A stretch of DNA of 64,000 nucleotides from Clostridia bacterium (GCA_017503865.1 JAFVSI010000009.1:8171-72170), one strand, 5' to 3'. Counted from the first letter of the stretch, positions 1 to 9,374 are shown. Notes: generated by a model from the letters alone, not told the origin. Numbers and translations: made by a program.

Positions 1-180
1 AGAATCGGTATTCGCCGTGAGCGTGCGGCAAATTATTCGCACACCAAGAAGGGAACAAAGAGATTGTATGATGCGGTTGAAAGCTACTGTTGTAGTTATA
101 GAAAAGCGGCTCCCGATGCCGATATGGATGCCGAGTTTTATGCGTTTTTTAACGATCTTGATGATGAGGATAAGAAATGA
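1..180 (+). CDS. 3' end of an unidentified CDS truncated by the window edge
   Basis: Frame 1 is open from base 1 to TGA at 178-180. The C-terminus is acidic (...AEFYAFFNDLDDEDKK). The stop overlaps an ATG at 177 (ATGA). Confidence 0.35.
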   Translation, partial: RIGIRRERAANYSHTKKGTKRLYDAVESYCCSYRKAAPDADMDAEFYAFFNDLDDEDKK

Positions 181-242
181 TGTACGTTATGGACGAGGGC
201 TATGACGAGGAGATAGGCGAAGCTGTGAGGAGAGAGAAGTAT

Positions 243-1214
243 ATGAAAAAAGATTATATAAAAGCAGTTATGATAGGTCACGCGGTTGGGGACGCAATTG
301 GAGTCCCTGTGGAGTTTTATTTGCGAAAAAACATAGAAAAGAATCCCGTTGCGGATATGCGAGGATACGGTACGTATGACGTGCCTGCGGGAACGTGGTC
401 GGACGATACGAGTATGTCACTTGCGGCTCTTGACAGTCTTTCGGGCGGCGAGGTTGACTATTTTGATATAATGGTTAATTTCGCAAAGTGGCTAAATAAC
501 GGAGATTACACGCCAGCCGGAAAAAGTTTTGACGTGGGGCGTACTTGCCTACGTGCTATACTTAATTTTGCAGGCGTTGCATATTTAGAGGAACACGGAT
601 TCATTTTACCTCCCGGATTTGATATTTTTGAGTGCGGTCTTCGTGATGAGTATTCCAATGGAAACGGCTCGCTCATGCGAATTCATCCTTTTGTGCTTTA
701 TGCACACGCAAAGGGGCTTCCATTCGTTGAGTGGATTGATATTATAAAGAAGGCGTCAATGCTGACGCATGCACACAGCCGCTCTCAGATAGGCTGTATC
801 ATATATACTTCCGTGCTTATGGAATTGCTTAAGGAGCAGAGCCGTGCGGCAATAGTGAGAGGGCTTGAAAGAGCAAAAGCTGCACTTTCAGATCACCCTG
901 AATCAGTACATTATGAAAGAATTTTCAAAGAGAATTTTTCTTTGCTTGCTCGCGACGAAATTAAAAGCTCGGGATACGTTGTCGACACTCTCGAGGCGGC
1001 AATTTGGTGCCTTCTTACAACCGACAGCTACCGAGACTGCGTGCTTAAGGCTGTAAATCTTGGCGGCGATACCGATACTGTTGCCGCAGTTGCAGGCGGA
1101 CTTGCCGGGGCACTCTATGGCTATGATGCAATTCCCGAGGAATGGAGAAATACACTTATAAAGAGGGAGTACATTGAAAAGATGTGCGAGACTTGTGCTG
1201 AGAATTGGGGTTAA
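243..1214 (+). CDS. ADP-ribosylglycohydrolase family protein (DraG/ARH-like)
   Basis: Contains the motifs GHAVGDAIGVPVEF, GTWSDDTSM and GGDTDTVAAVAGGLAGALYG, typical of ADP-ribosylglycohydrolases. ATG 243 sits 10 nt after GAGGAG. An alternative start at 177 would overlap the upstream stop (ATGA). Confidence 0.85.
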   Translation: MKKDYIKAVMIGHAVGDAIGVPVEFYLRKNIEKNPVADMRGYGTYDVPAGTWSDDTSMSLAALDSLSGGEVDYFDIMVNFAKWLNNGDYTPAGKSFDVGRTCLRAILNFAGVAYLEEHGFILPPGFDIFECGLRDEYSNGNGSLMRIHPFVLYAHAKGLPFVEWIDIIKKASMLTHAHSRSQIGCIIYTSVLMELLKEQSRAAIVRGLERAKAALSDHPESVHYERIFKENFSLLARDEIKSSGYVVDTLEAAIWCLLTTDSYRDCVLKAVNLGGDTDTVAAVAGGLAGALYGYDAIPEEWRNTLIKREYIEKMCETCAENWG

Positions 1215-1269
1215 TATTATTACATTATCCCCCGAGTTATAGCAATCGGTTTTTGTTAGACAAAAAAAT

Positions 1270-1297
1270 AGCAGGACATTTGCCCTGCTCATTTTGT
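1270..1297 (+). terminator. Putative intrinsic terminator after the ARH gene
   Basis: Hairpin AGCAGG-N8-CCTGCT followed by a T-rich stretch (CATTTTGTG). Confidence 0.45.
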
Positions 1298-1436
1298 GAA
1301 CATCCTTTCTCATAAAAGAAACGGCTTTTTTATAAGTCGTTTTCTTGCAGTTGGAGTTGTATTTGTGTAGTAAATACATTATAGCACACGCATCGTAAAT
1401 TTTCAATGTAAAGCTTTAAAAAATATCCCGAGGCTA

Positions 1437-1493
1437 TTGACAATTTCGTTCGAACGAAGTATAATATCAACAGAAGGCTTCGTTCGAGCGAAG
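1437..1493 (+). promoter_or_regulatory. Consensus sigma-A promoter with two palindromic operator-like sites upstream of the LuxR-type regulator
   Basis: TTGACA (1437-1442), a 17-nt spacer, then TATAAT (1460-1465). The perfect 14-bp palindrome TTCGTTCGAACGAA (1445-1458) fills the spacer. The near-identical palindrome CTTCGTTCGAGCGAAG (1478-1493) lies in the 5' UTR. Confidence 0.6.
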
Positions 1494-1510
1494 CGTAGAG
1501 GAGGAAGCAG

Positions 1511-2740
1511 ATGATCACTGTACAACAAGCGGCAGAAAAATGGGGAGTTACACCGAGGCGTGTGCAAGATCTTTGCAAACGCGGAGAGATAGTTGGTGCG
1601 ACAATGTGGCACCGAAGCTGGATGATACCCGCAGCTGCCGAGTATCCACGCCGTTCGGCAGAGGAGAAAAAGGCGTCTGCAAGTGACGATATGCCCCTTC
1701 CGAGAAAGACTCCTTTTCTATATATGAGCGACCTATACAGAACACCCGGCTGTGCAGAGGAGAGCATAAAGTCACTCGAGTACAATCACGAGGCACAGGT
1801 GCTTTTTGAGGCGGAGATAGCTTATGCACGAGGGGATATTGATTTTGCTTATAATAATGCAAAATATCTTCTCGGTAAGCATTCGGGCTTTTATGCCGTT
1901 CTTTCGGCAGGTATGATTCTCGGTATTTGTGCGATGTGGCGTGGAGATATTGAGATGTGGAACAAGGCGAAGATACATATTTGCGAAGCACCCGCGAAGA
2001 ACGATAATGACCGAGATATTATGACTCTTGCTCTCACGGCACTTGACAGTATGGTGTATAATACGACCTCGTTCCCCGATTGGTTCAAGATAGGCTCTTT
2101 TGAGCTGCTTCACCCCGACGCAATGCCTGCGGCAAAGGTATATTATGCTAAATATCTTTATGCGCTTGGCTATGCTGTGGCATCGGGAGAATACGAGATA
2201 GAGGGAGTCAAGGGGCTCTCACTTATGAAAATGCTGCCCTATACCATTGAACCGATGATCTCGCAGGCAATGGCGGACAAGACGGTTATAGCCGAGATAT
2301 ATCTAAGGCTTACCTGTGCCACTATATACCACAACAGCGGCAACGATAAAGAGGCAATAAGGCATATCGACAGGGCTATCGCACTGGCTCTTCCCGACGA
2401 TCTTTTCGGTCTTCTTGCCGAATATCGCAGAACGCTCGACAGCTTGCTTGACGACCGTCTCTCTCTTGTGAGCCGCGATGTATATGAAAGGGTAATGAAG
2501 CTCTATAAGAAATATATCGTCGGTTGGTCTGCTCTTAGCGGTGCCGTCAGAAACAGAAATCTTATTACCACCCTTACCACCCGTGAGCGAGAGGTCGCAA
2601 AGCTTGCGGCATTCGGAATGTCAAACGCCGATATTGCCGAGAGACTTCACATTTCTCTCGCATCTGTAAAGCAGTCTATAAGAACAGCCATTTACAAAAG
2701 CGGAGTTGAAAATAAGGCGGCTCTTGCTTCGATACTTTAA
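1511..2740 (+). CDS. LuxR-family transcriptional regulator with an extra N-terminal excisionase/MerR-like HTH and a central helical-repeat region
   Basis: The N-terminus MITVQQAAEKWGVTPRRVQDLCKRGEI resembles an HTH_17-type HTH. The C-terminus LTTREREVAKLAAFGMSNADIAERLHISLASVKQSIRTAIYK is a LuxR/GerE HTH. The RBS GGAGGAAG precedes ATG 1511. Confidence 0.8.
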   Translation: MITVQQAAEKWGVTPRRVQDLCKRGEIVGATMWHRSWMIPAAAEYPRRSAEEKKASASDDMPLPRKTPFLYMSDLYRTPGCAEESIKSLEYNHEAQVLFEAEIAYARGDIDFAYNNAKYLLGKHSGFYAVLSAGMILGICAMWRGDIEMWNKAKIHICEAPAKNDNDRDIMTLALTALDSMVYNTTSFPDWFKIGSFELLHPDAMPAAKVYYAKYLYALGYAVASGEYEIEGVKGLSLMKMLPYTIEPMISQAMADKTVIAEIYLRLTCATIYHNSGNDKEAIRHIDRAIALALPDDLFGLLAEYRRTLDSLLDDRLSLVSRDVYERVMKLYKKYIVGWSALSGAVRNRNLITTLTTREREVAKLAAFGMSNADIAERLHISLASVKQSIRTAIYKSGVENKAALASIL

Positions 2741-2825
2741 TAGCCAAAAAGTCCCAAAAAGGATATACTCGGGCTCGAAAAAAATAGCCTAATTTTTCGG
2801 TTTTGGGTAATGGTCAAAAAAATAG

Positions 2826-2873
2826 AAATCCTGTATACTGTTAACAAGAACGGTAGACAGGATTTTTTGTTTT
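2826..2873 (+). terminator. Terminator-like hairpin between the LuxR gene and the surface-protein operon
   Basis: The 9-bp stem AAATCCTGT/ACAGGATTT encloses a 22-nt loop and is followed by TTTTTGTTTTG. It ends 9 nt before the RBS of the next gene. Confidence 0.5.
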
Positions 2874-2888
2874 GCAGAGGAGATGACA

Positions 2889-3206
2889 ATGCCAAATTCA
2901 AAGCACAAAGAGGGTGATCTCTATAAGGTCATCGAGGCCTTTGGAGAGCACTTTGAAATTAGGTACGGCTACTACGAGGAGTTCGAAAGAGATAGCGGAG
3001 AGCCGATACCGATATATCCCGACTTTAAGAAGGATCCGCATTACACCGCGAGGGGCGAGCCCTTCGTGACGGCAATGCAGGATATGTGCGAGTGTGCACA
3101 GTTCAAGGCATCGGGACTTTATGATGAATGCTGCGGAAATTGCAAGCACTTCCGCAGGGGAGAAGAGCTAATAGGTGTTTGCGAGTATGCTTCGGAGGTA
3201 AAATGA
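2889..3206 (+). CDS. Small Cys-rich hypothetical protein
   Basis: ORF with AGAGGAG 6 nt upstream of ATG 2889; the ORF-track start 2883 abuts the RBS. Cysteine cluster CECAQ...CCGNCKHF...C. The stop overlaps the start of the next gene (ATGATGA). Confidence 0.5.
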   Translation: MPNSKHKEGDLYKVIEAFGEHFEIRYGYYEEFERDSGEPIPIYPDFKKDPHYTARGEPFVTAMQDMCECAQFKASGLYDECCGNCKHFRRGEELIGVCEYASEVK

Positions 3207-6200
3207 TGAAAACAACTAAATCGGTAATAATAAGAATGAGCATAATGCTCGTGATAGCGGCACTGCTCGTGGGTGCTTTGGCGGTAACGGTAAGTGCCGC
3301 GACACAGACTCTAAGCTACGTCGAGCGTACCGTGAACCCGAGTACAAAGGCGGTAACGGCTACTACCAAGAGTGCTACGGCAACTGTGGTGACGGCAAGT
3401 GACACTGTGCTTGGTGAGGCAGGAAAAGAGACTTATTACGTTGTTTCGAGCGAAACAACAATTGATAAGTACGTTACGGTAAACGGAACGGTCCACCTCA
3501 TTATCGGAGCAAAATATGATCTTGGAACCAAGAACATAACAGTACCCGAGGGTGCAACGCTTCACGTACACGAGGCATCGGGTGTTTCGGGTGCGTCTCT
3601 GAATTTAAACGCGATCAACCTGAAGAGTGAGAGCAGTAACGTCTATATTCACGGCGGTACGGTCAATGCTACGGGACCAATAGGTACCACCGGGGTAAAC
3701 GGCTTTGGTGACGTTGTAATATACGGCGGTACTATTACGGCGAAAAATATTGGAGTTGGGGCTACCGATTTTGGAGACCTTACGGCAAATCTTGTGGGAA
3801 TATACGGTGGAAATATTACCGTCAATACTGATACGTACCTTGTTCCCGCTATCGGAATGACCGGCGGAGATATTAAAACAATTGAAATACACAACGCGAC
3901 TGTAAGTGCAAAAAAGCTTCCCGTGAAAGGCACTGCGAGTGACAATGTGACACCCGTTATAGGTATAAGGTCGGGTACTGCTGAGGAAATAATTATAAAC
4001 AAGTCAAATCTTAAGGTGTACTCCCATTCTATTGATGATGATAAGTATACCGCTAATCATAGCGGTCCTCCCATAGGCAGTGGAACTGACAGCACCACCC
4101 ACAGCATTACGATAACTGACAGTATTATCGATATCGATAGCTCAAATAAGGCTGCCGGTATAGGAAGAGGATTTGATGACACCAGCATATGTGAGAGCAT
4201 AACGGTCAGCGGAAGTACTATTTACATTTGTTCTGGACCGTATCTCTACAGCCAAGAGGAATACAGTGCGGGACTTGCGGCAAAGAACGTCACAGTCACT
4301 TCAAGTGACATAAAGGTTGAGTTTGACAATATTATTACCAACGATCCTTCGGGCTGGGGCATCTATGCTGACGAAACACTTACCATAAACAGCGGAAGAT
4401 TTGATTTTAAAGAAACAAAGTACGGAATCGAGAGCAAGGGTACTTTGACCATAAACGGCGGTTTGTTTAACAGTGCCGTTACGGGCGTGACAGGTAAGGA
4501 TAGCAACGGCAACGACGTTTGTGCTCATACCATAACGATAGAAGGGATTGGCATTAAGGATATAGGCGAGATAAAGCTTGAGTCGGGAAGCTACGATATC
4601 GGAAACTATAAGAAAAATTTTGTTTCGGATAAAATAACCGTTTATGCTTCGCCCAAAAATGCCGTTACAAGTGTAAAGGTCGGATCGACTGTTTACGGTG
4701 GAAGGTTTACGGGTACTACCGAAAGAGTGGGAACCTTTTTCCCGATCTGTAATTGTAGCTCGTTCACCGACGGCTTGTGTGACAACTGCGGCAGCCGTGA
4801 GCCCGCAGAGATTGTTGACGGCTACTATCTCATAAAAGATATTGACGATTACCTCTATTTTAAGGACGTCGTTGAGGGCACCCTCAAAAACGGCGCTGCC
4901 CCGAACGGCAAGATAAATGCAAAGCTTATGACCGATCTTACACTCGGTTCGGGAACAACTAAGAAGAGTGAAGGCTCAAGCTACAGCGTCAGCGTTCAGA
5001 CCTCGGGCGTGAGTGTTGGCACGGAAGAGTATCCCTTTAAGGGAATATTTGATGGCAACAACCATACCATTACCTTCTGGAACAACTCCCCCAAAAGTGA
5101 AGAAGTTACAGGGCTCTTTGTTGCGGCAGAAAATGCGACCATCAAAAATCTGACCGTGTCGGGAGGTGTTTACTCATCCGTTGGCAGCGGATCTGTGACC
5201 GGCGGAATAGTTGGAATTACAAAAGGCGATAAGGTTACGATAGAAAACTGCATAGTAAACGCAAATTATTATCTTTCGGGGCATATTATCAATCTTTACT
5301 CGCCATTTGGCGGTTTTGTGGGAAAGAACGAGGCTACCGAGCTTATACTGAATAACGTAGCGTACGTTGGCGGCTTTACACCGTACAATGCTTCATGTCT
5401 TGCTTTTATAGTAGGAGACAGCAACAGCGGTGCGGCTGTGAAAATATCCAACTCGTATATTTTCTCAAATCCTATCTTTTCGAGATCTGATCCAAGCGAC
5501 AATGCGATTTTCTGCAACAATGAGGAAGATACCTACGTTACAAATTCCTATACGAGAATACTCTTTACCATTGTGAGCGGCGGTAGCGGAGGAATGAATA
5601 GGCATAATGACAGCAATAAGTTGGGTGATAATGAGATTTATAGCGTCAGTGACAAACAGGTAGCAAACGGTTACCTCGCTTATGTTATCAATCAGGGAGC
5701 TTCGAAGAATATATGGAAGCAGACTCTCGGAGGTGATACTCCCGATGCTACTCCGAACTTCACGGGTAAGGACGTACAATATAATTTTGGCACCCAGACG
5801 TACGACAATCACGAGCATACCTTAAGCCACACGCTCGGCAAGGTGAATACCGAGAACGATACTATTATCGTATCCTGTGCGGGTTGCTCGGCGGACGGAG
5901 ACATTATGGTTACTATCACACCGCCTGCTACGGAGTATTACGTACCCGGAAAATATGATTACGGTGTTACGGTAACGAACGCAAACGGACTTAGCATCAA
6001 TTATACTAAGAATGGTGAGCCTATAACCTACGTTCCAAGTAGTGCAGGTAACTACACCGCATCTGTTACGGCAGGGAACGTTACGGCATCGGTTGAATAT
6101 ACGATAGCAAAGTACAATACGCCTCCGCAAAACGTATATGCCAAAACGGCGGTTCTTGATACTATGGAGCCCTCCGCAGTTGAGCTTGGTATAGGAGACA

Positions 6201-8539
6201 ACATTTGGAATTATTCTATCAGCAATTATACTATAGAGCTGACAGACGAGGCTCTTTATCACGATCAAACAACCTACAATTACAAAATAACACCCACAGG
6301 CACCAGCAGTAGCAACAATATTGACGTCATTACGGGAACCGTCGAGATCAACGTTAGAGATGTAACGCCACCGAGCGTGAGCGTTGAATTAGATGAGAGC
6401 GACATCGCCCTCGATACAAACAGCGACGGAACGATAAATTATTTTGTTAAGTCGGCAAAGAAGCTTAAGGTATCGGCAAGCGATCCTCGCGGCTCTGGAG
6501 TTAGCAAGGTAGAGTATTTCATAAGCGACGATCCCGCGGCTGACCTCTCAACAGCAGTTTTCACAGAGGTTGTGAACGGCGAGATCGAGCTGCCCGCAAA
6601 CGCAACGTTCTTCGTATTCGTGAGGGCAACTGACAACGAGAATAACAAGAAGACAGTTTACACCGACGGCTTCGTGAGTTATGCCGACAGTGTAAGCGAG
6701 ACGGCGTCTATTGAGTACACAAAGTTTACCGATGATCCTACAATAAGCTTGAATCTTAACGGAAACACGGTTGAAAAGGTAATGCTCGGAGAGGACTTGA
6801 CACTTTCCGCTGATACCGATTACAGCGTTTCCGAGGACGGCATACTAACCCTCGTGGGAGATAAGCTTGACGAACTCGAAGAGGGTACGTACGAGATAAC
6901 CGTACACTACTTGCCGAGAGGTGAGGAATATCTTGGGGCAAGCTATTGTGAGGAGCCTGCAACAAATACTATTACTCTTACAGTATACAAGGCGGCAGGT
7001 AACGTCACTATTACAAGCGATATAGGCAAGGAATACGACTCAAGTGCAGTCGGTCAGCCGACTGTTAATACACTCAGCGGCGGCGAAAAGACGTTTGAGT
7101 TTAGAGTCGACGAAGAGGGAAGTGCATACAGCACCGAAGCACCGAAGAACGTAGGAAAATATATCGTTCGCGTGACGGTTGCCTCTGACGATTACTACAC
7201 AGAGGCATCGGCAGAAAAATCCTTTGAGATAACAAAGGCTCCGCTTGAGGTCAAGGCAAATGCACACACGGTAGCCTATGGCGAAGCTCCCGCAAATAAC
7301 GGAGTAAGCTATATTGGCTTCAAGGGCACCGAAAACGAGGGAGTTCTTGGCGGTACGCTTGCGTACAGCTACGATTACGAGCAGCTCGGTGCAGCAGGGG
7401 AGTACACGATAACTGTCGGCGGTTATACGAGTGATAATTACGAGATAACCTTTACCGAGAGCGTTCTCACTGTTGTTCAAAGGCAAGCATTCTTTAATAC
7501 CGAGCCCCAGTCGGTAATGAAGGGTGAGAGCATCGATACTACAAAATATACACCTGAGCGACTTCTTGACGGACATTATGCAGTTGTTGCCCCTGAAAAT
7601 GGCGAGCTTGTGATAAGCAAGATATTTGACGAAAACGGCGTAGATGTTACGGCGAATTACGCTATAAATCATATTTCAAAGGGTACGTACCACTGCTACG
7701 ATACCGCTTATACAAGCGACGGAACAAATCACTGGAATGCGTGCGTGGTAAGTGAGTGTACCGAGATTATAAACTATGCACCTTGTGAGGGCGGTGTTGC
7801 CAACTGTTCTACAAAGGCACTCTGCAGTACGTGTAAAAAGTCTCACGGCGGAGTAGATCCCCTTGTGCACAGTTTTACAGATTATGAATCCGACGAAAAT
7901 GCCAACGAGGATTATGACGGTACAAAGACTGCATACTGCGATTACGGTTGCGGTGAGACCGATACTCAAATAGATCAGGGAAGCCGTCATACAATAGTAC
8001 TCGAAGGTCTTGTCTCGGATAGCATTACCTCAGCTGATAAGGAGTCACTTGAGGACATCGTTGACGATATAGATGCGATAATTATGTTCGGTGACATTAC
8101 CGGTGAGCAGGTTGAGGAACTCGAGAATGCTAAGGCAGAGGCGGAAGCTCTTATAAGCGAGATAGACGGTATCGAGGCTGAAAAGACCGAGATCAAGGAA
8201 GCTCTTGCATCATATAGCGACGAGACACTCAAGGCAAGTGATAAGGCAGATATTGAGGTTATCCTCGAGGATATCAATAATCTTCTTGCTACCGACAAGC
8301 TCACCGAAAGCGAGAGAGCAGAGTTTGAGGTGGCAAAGGCAGATGCCGAGAAGCTTTTGAGTGAGGTAGAGGAGCTTATTCCCGATACCACCGAAGAGAC
8401 GGAGGCTCAAAATACCGATACCAATAAGTCTGACGAAGATGAGAAGGGCTGCGGAAGCACCATTGGTGCAACAGGCATCGCACTCGTTGCAGTTTTTGGA
8501 ATCGGCGTGACAGTTCTCCAAAAAAAGAAAGAGGATTGA
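3203..8539 (+). CDS. Giant (1,778 aa) cell-surface protein: signal peptide, beta-helix-like repeats, GLUG-like region, MBG-type Ig-like domains, Cys-rich region, acidic coiled coil, C-terminal TM anchor
   Basis: The start MMKTTKSVIIRMSIMLVIAALLVGALAVTVSAATQ is a signal peptide. Repeated I(Y/H)GG(T/N)(I/V)T units are present. YPFKGIFDGNNHTITF and GGIVGITKG are GLUG-like. KAPLEVKANAHTVAYGEAP...YTSDNYEITF is MBG-like. The C-terminus GIALVAVFGIGVTVLQKKKED is a TM helix with a basic tail. GGAGG lies upstream of 3203. Confidence 0.8.
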   Translation: MMKTTKSVIIRMSIMLVIAALLVGALAVTVSAATQTLSYVERTVNPSTKAVTATTKSATATVVTASDTVLGEAGKETYYVVSSETTIDKYVTVNGTVHLIIGAKYDLGTKNITVPEGATLHVHEASGVSGASLNLNAINLKSESSNVYIHGGTVNATGPIGTTGVNGFGDVVIYGGTITAKNIGVGATDFGDLTANLVGIYGGNITVNTDTYLVPAIGMTGGDIKTIEIHNATVSAKKLPVKGTASDNVTPVIGIRSGTAEEIIINKSNLKVYSHSIDDDKYTANHSGPPIGSGTDSTTHSITITDSIIDIDSSNKAAGIGRGFDDTSICESITVSGSTIYICSGPYLYSQEEYSAGLAAKNVTVTSSDIKVEFDNIITNDPSGWGIYADETLTINSGRFDFKETKYGIESKGTLTINGGLFNSAVTGVTGKDSNGNDVCAHTITIEGIGIKDIGEIKLESGSYDIGNYKKNFVSDKITVYASPKNAVTSVKVGSTVYGGRFTGTTERVGTFFPICNCSSFTDGLCDNCGSREPAEIVDGYYLIKDIDDYLYFKDVVEGTLKNGAAPNGKINAKLMTDLTLGSGTTKKSEGSSYSVSVQTSGVSVGTEEYPFKGIFDGNNHTITFWNNSPKSEEVTGLFVAAENATIKNLTVSGGVYSSVGSGSVTGGIVGITKGDKVTIENCIVNANYYLSGHIINLYSPFGGFVGKNEATELILNNVAYVGGFTPYNASCLAFIVGDSNSGAAVKISNSYIFSNPIFSRSDPSDNAIFCNNEEDTYVTNSYTRILFTIVSGGSGGMNRHNDSNKLGDNEIYSVSDKQVANGYLAYVINQGASKNIWKQTLGGDTPDATPNFTGKDVQYNFGTQTYDNHEHTLSHTLGKVNTENDTIIVSCAGCSADGDIMVTITPPATEYYVPGKYDYGVTVTNANGLSINYTKNGEPITYVPSSAGNYTASVTAGNVTASVEYTIAKYNTPPQNVYAKTAVLDTMEPSAVELGIGDNIWNYSISNYTIELTDEALYHDQTTYNYKITPTGTSSSNNIDVITGTVEINVRDVTPPSVSVELDESDIALDTNSDGTINYFVKSAKKLKVSASDPRGSGVSKVEYFISDDPAADLSTAVFTEVVNGEIELPANATFFVFVRATDNENNKKTVYTDGFVSYADSVSETASIEYTKFTDDPTISLNLNGNTVEKVMLGEDLTLSADTDYSVSEDGILTLVGDKLDELEEGTYEITVHYLPRGEEYLGASYCEEPATNTITLTVYKAAGNVTITSDIGKEYDSSAVGQPTVNTLSGGEKTFEFRVDEEGSAYSTEAPKNVGKYIVRVTVASDDYYTEASAEKSFEITKAPLEVKANAHTVAYGEAPANNGVSYIGFKGTENEGVLGGTLAYSYDYEQLGAAGEYTITVGGYTSDNYEITFTESVLTVVQRQAFFNTEPQSVMKGESIDTTKYTPERLLDGHYAVVAPENGELVISKIFDENGVDVTANYAINHISKGTYHCYDTAYTSDGTNHWNACVVSECTEIINYAPCEGGVANCSTKALCSTCKKSHGGVDPLVHSFTDYESDENANEDYDGTKTAYCDYGCGETDTQIDQGSRHTIVLEGLVSDSITSADKESLEDIVDDIDAIIMFGDITGEQVEELENAKAEAEALISEIDGIEAEKTEIKEALASYSDETLKASDKADIEVILEDINNLLATDKLTESERAEFEVAKADAEKLLSEVEELIPDTTEETEAQNTDTNKSDEDEKGCGSTIGATGIALVAVFGIGVTVLQKKKED

Positions 8540-8572
8540 TCTAACACAGAGATAACCAAAACAAAAAATTCA

Positions 8573-8605
8573 CAGGGCAGTTCGTTTGAACTGCCCTGCT
8601 TTTTT
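8573..8605 (+). terminator. Intrinsic terminator of the surface-protein gene
   Basis: CAGGGCAGTTC-GTTT-GAACTGCCCTG followed by CTTTTTT. Confidence 0.75.
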
Positions 8606-8687
8606 AGGTAAGCAAAAGCTCGATGTATTTTTCATATATTTAGCCCTTGGAGCATAGTTTTTAACAAAACAAAAAGGAGAGAAGGCT

Positions 8688-9374
8688 ATGTTTGCAAGTA
8701 TAATATCTTTGATTTCAAATTTTTTGCACCTGATACTCGGTATAGGTACGCCCGGAAAATATCCGCCGCCGCTTAGCTCCGAGAAGGAAAGGGAATATTT
8801 CACGCTTTTGAAGACCAAGAAGGACGAGGCAGCTCGCGAAGCACTGATACTTCACAATCTTCGGCTCGTCTCGCACATAGTGAGAAAATACTATGCCTCA
8901 AGTCCAAACCAAGAGGATCTCGTCTCGATTGGCACCGTCGGGCTTATAAAGGCGGTCGACAGCTTTTCCGACACAAACGGTGCCCGCTTCGCGACCTATG
9001 CGTCAAGGTGTATTCAAAATGAGATACTAATGCACTTTCGTTCGCAAAAGAAGCTGGCACAGGAGGTGTCGTTATCCGAGACTATTGACGTTGACAGGGA
9101 CGGAAATCCGCTTACGTATATTGACGTTATTTGCAGCGAGGACAACGTGGCTGACGACGTTGAGATAAAAATACGCACTCAAAAGATGATGAGGCTACTT
9201 AAAACGGCACTTACTACGAGGGAGAGACGTATAATCACTATGCGTTACGGTCTTGGGGAATCAAAGCCGCTCACGCAAAGGGAGACTGCCGAGCGGCTCG
9301 GCATTTCCCGCTCATACGTCAGCCGCCTCGAAAAAAGTGCCATATCAAAGCTTCGTGGGGAATTTGATAAATAA
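8688..9374 (+). CDS. sigK: Sporulation sigma factor, pro-sigma-K type (uninterrupted)
   Basis: A hydrophobic pro-sequence precedes YPPPLS. HNLRLVSHIVRKY, ATYASRCIQNEILMHFRSQKK and GISRSYVSRLEK match SigK better than SigE (compare B. subtilis HNLRLVAHIVKKF and ILMHLRALKK). Confidence 0.75.
   Translation: MFASIISLISNFLHLILGIGTPGKYPPPLSSEKEREYFTLLKTKKDEAAREALILHNLRLVSHIVRKYYASSPNQEDLVSIGTVGLIKAVDSFSDTNGARFATYASRCIQNEILMHFRSQKKLAQEVSLSETIDVDRDGNPLTYIDVICSEDNVADDVEIKIRTQKMMRLLKTALTTRERRIITMRYGLGESKPLTQRETAERLGISRSYVSRLEKSAISKLRGEFDK

Noticed and set aside
1445-1493. TTCGTTCGAACGAA palindromes considered as LexA/SOS (Cheo) boxes.
   Set aside because: The Firmicutes SOS box is CGAAC-N4-GTTCG. Here the half-sites are in the opposite arrangement (GTTC-GAAC, no spacer), so the site is more likely a target of the adjacent regulator.
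3128-3202. N-terminal extension of the giant surface-protein ORF (track start 3128).
   Set aside because: The extension overlaps the upstream gene and has no RBS. GGAGG precedes ATG 3203, which begins a textbook signal peptide.
8688-9374. A skin-like intervening element or split in sigK.
   Set aside because: The ORF is continuous from the pro-sequence through region 4.2 (GISRSYVSRLEK), so there is no interruption.
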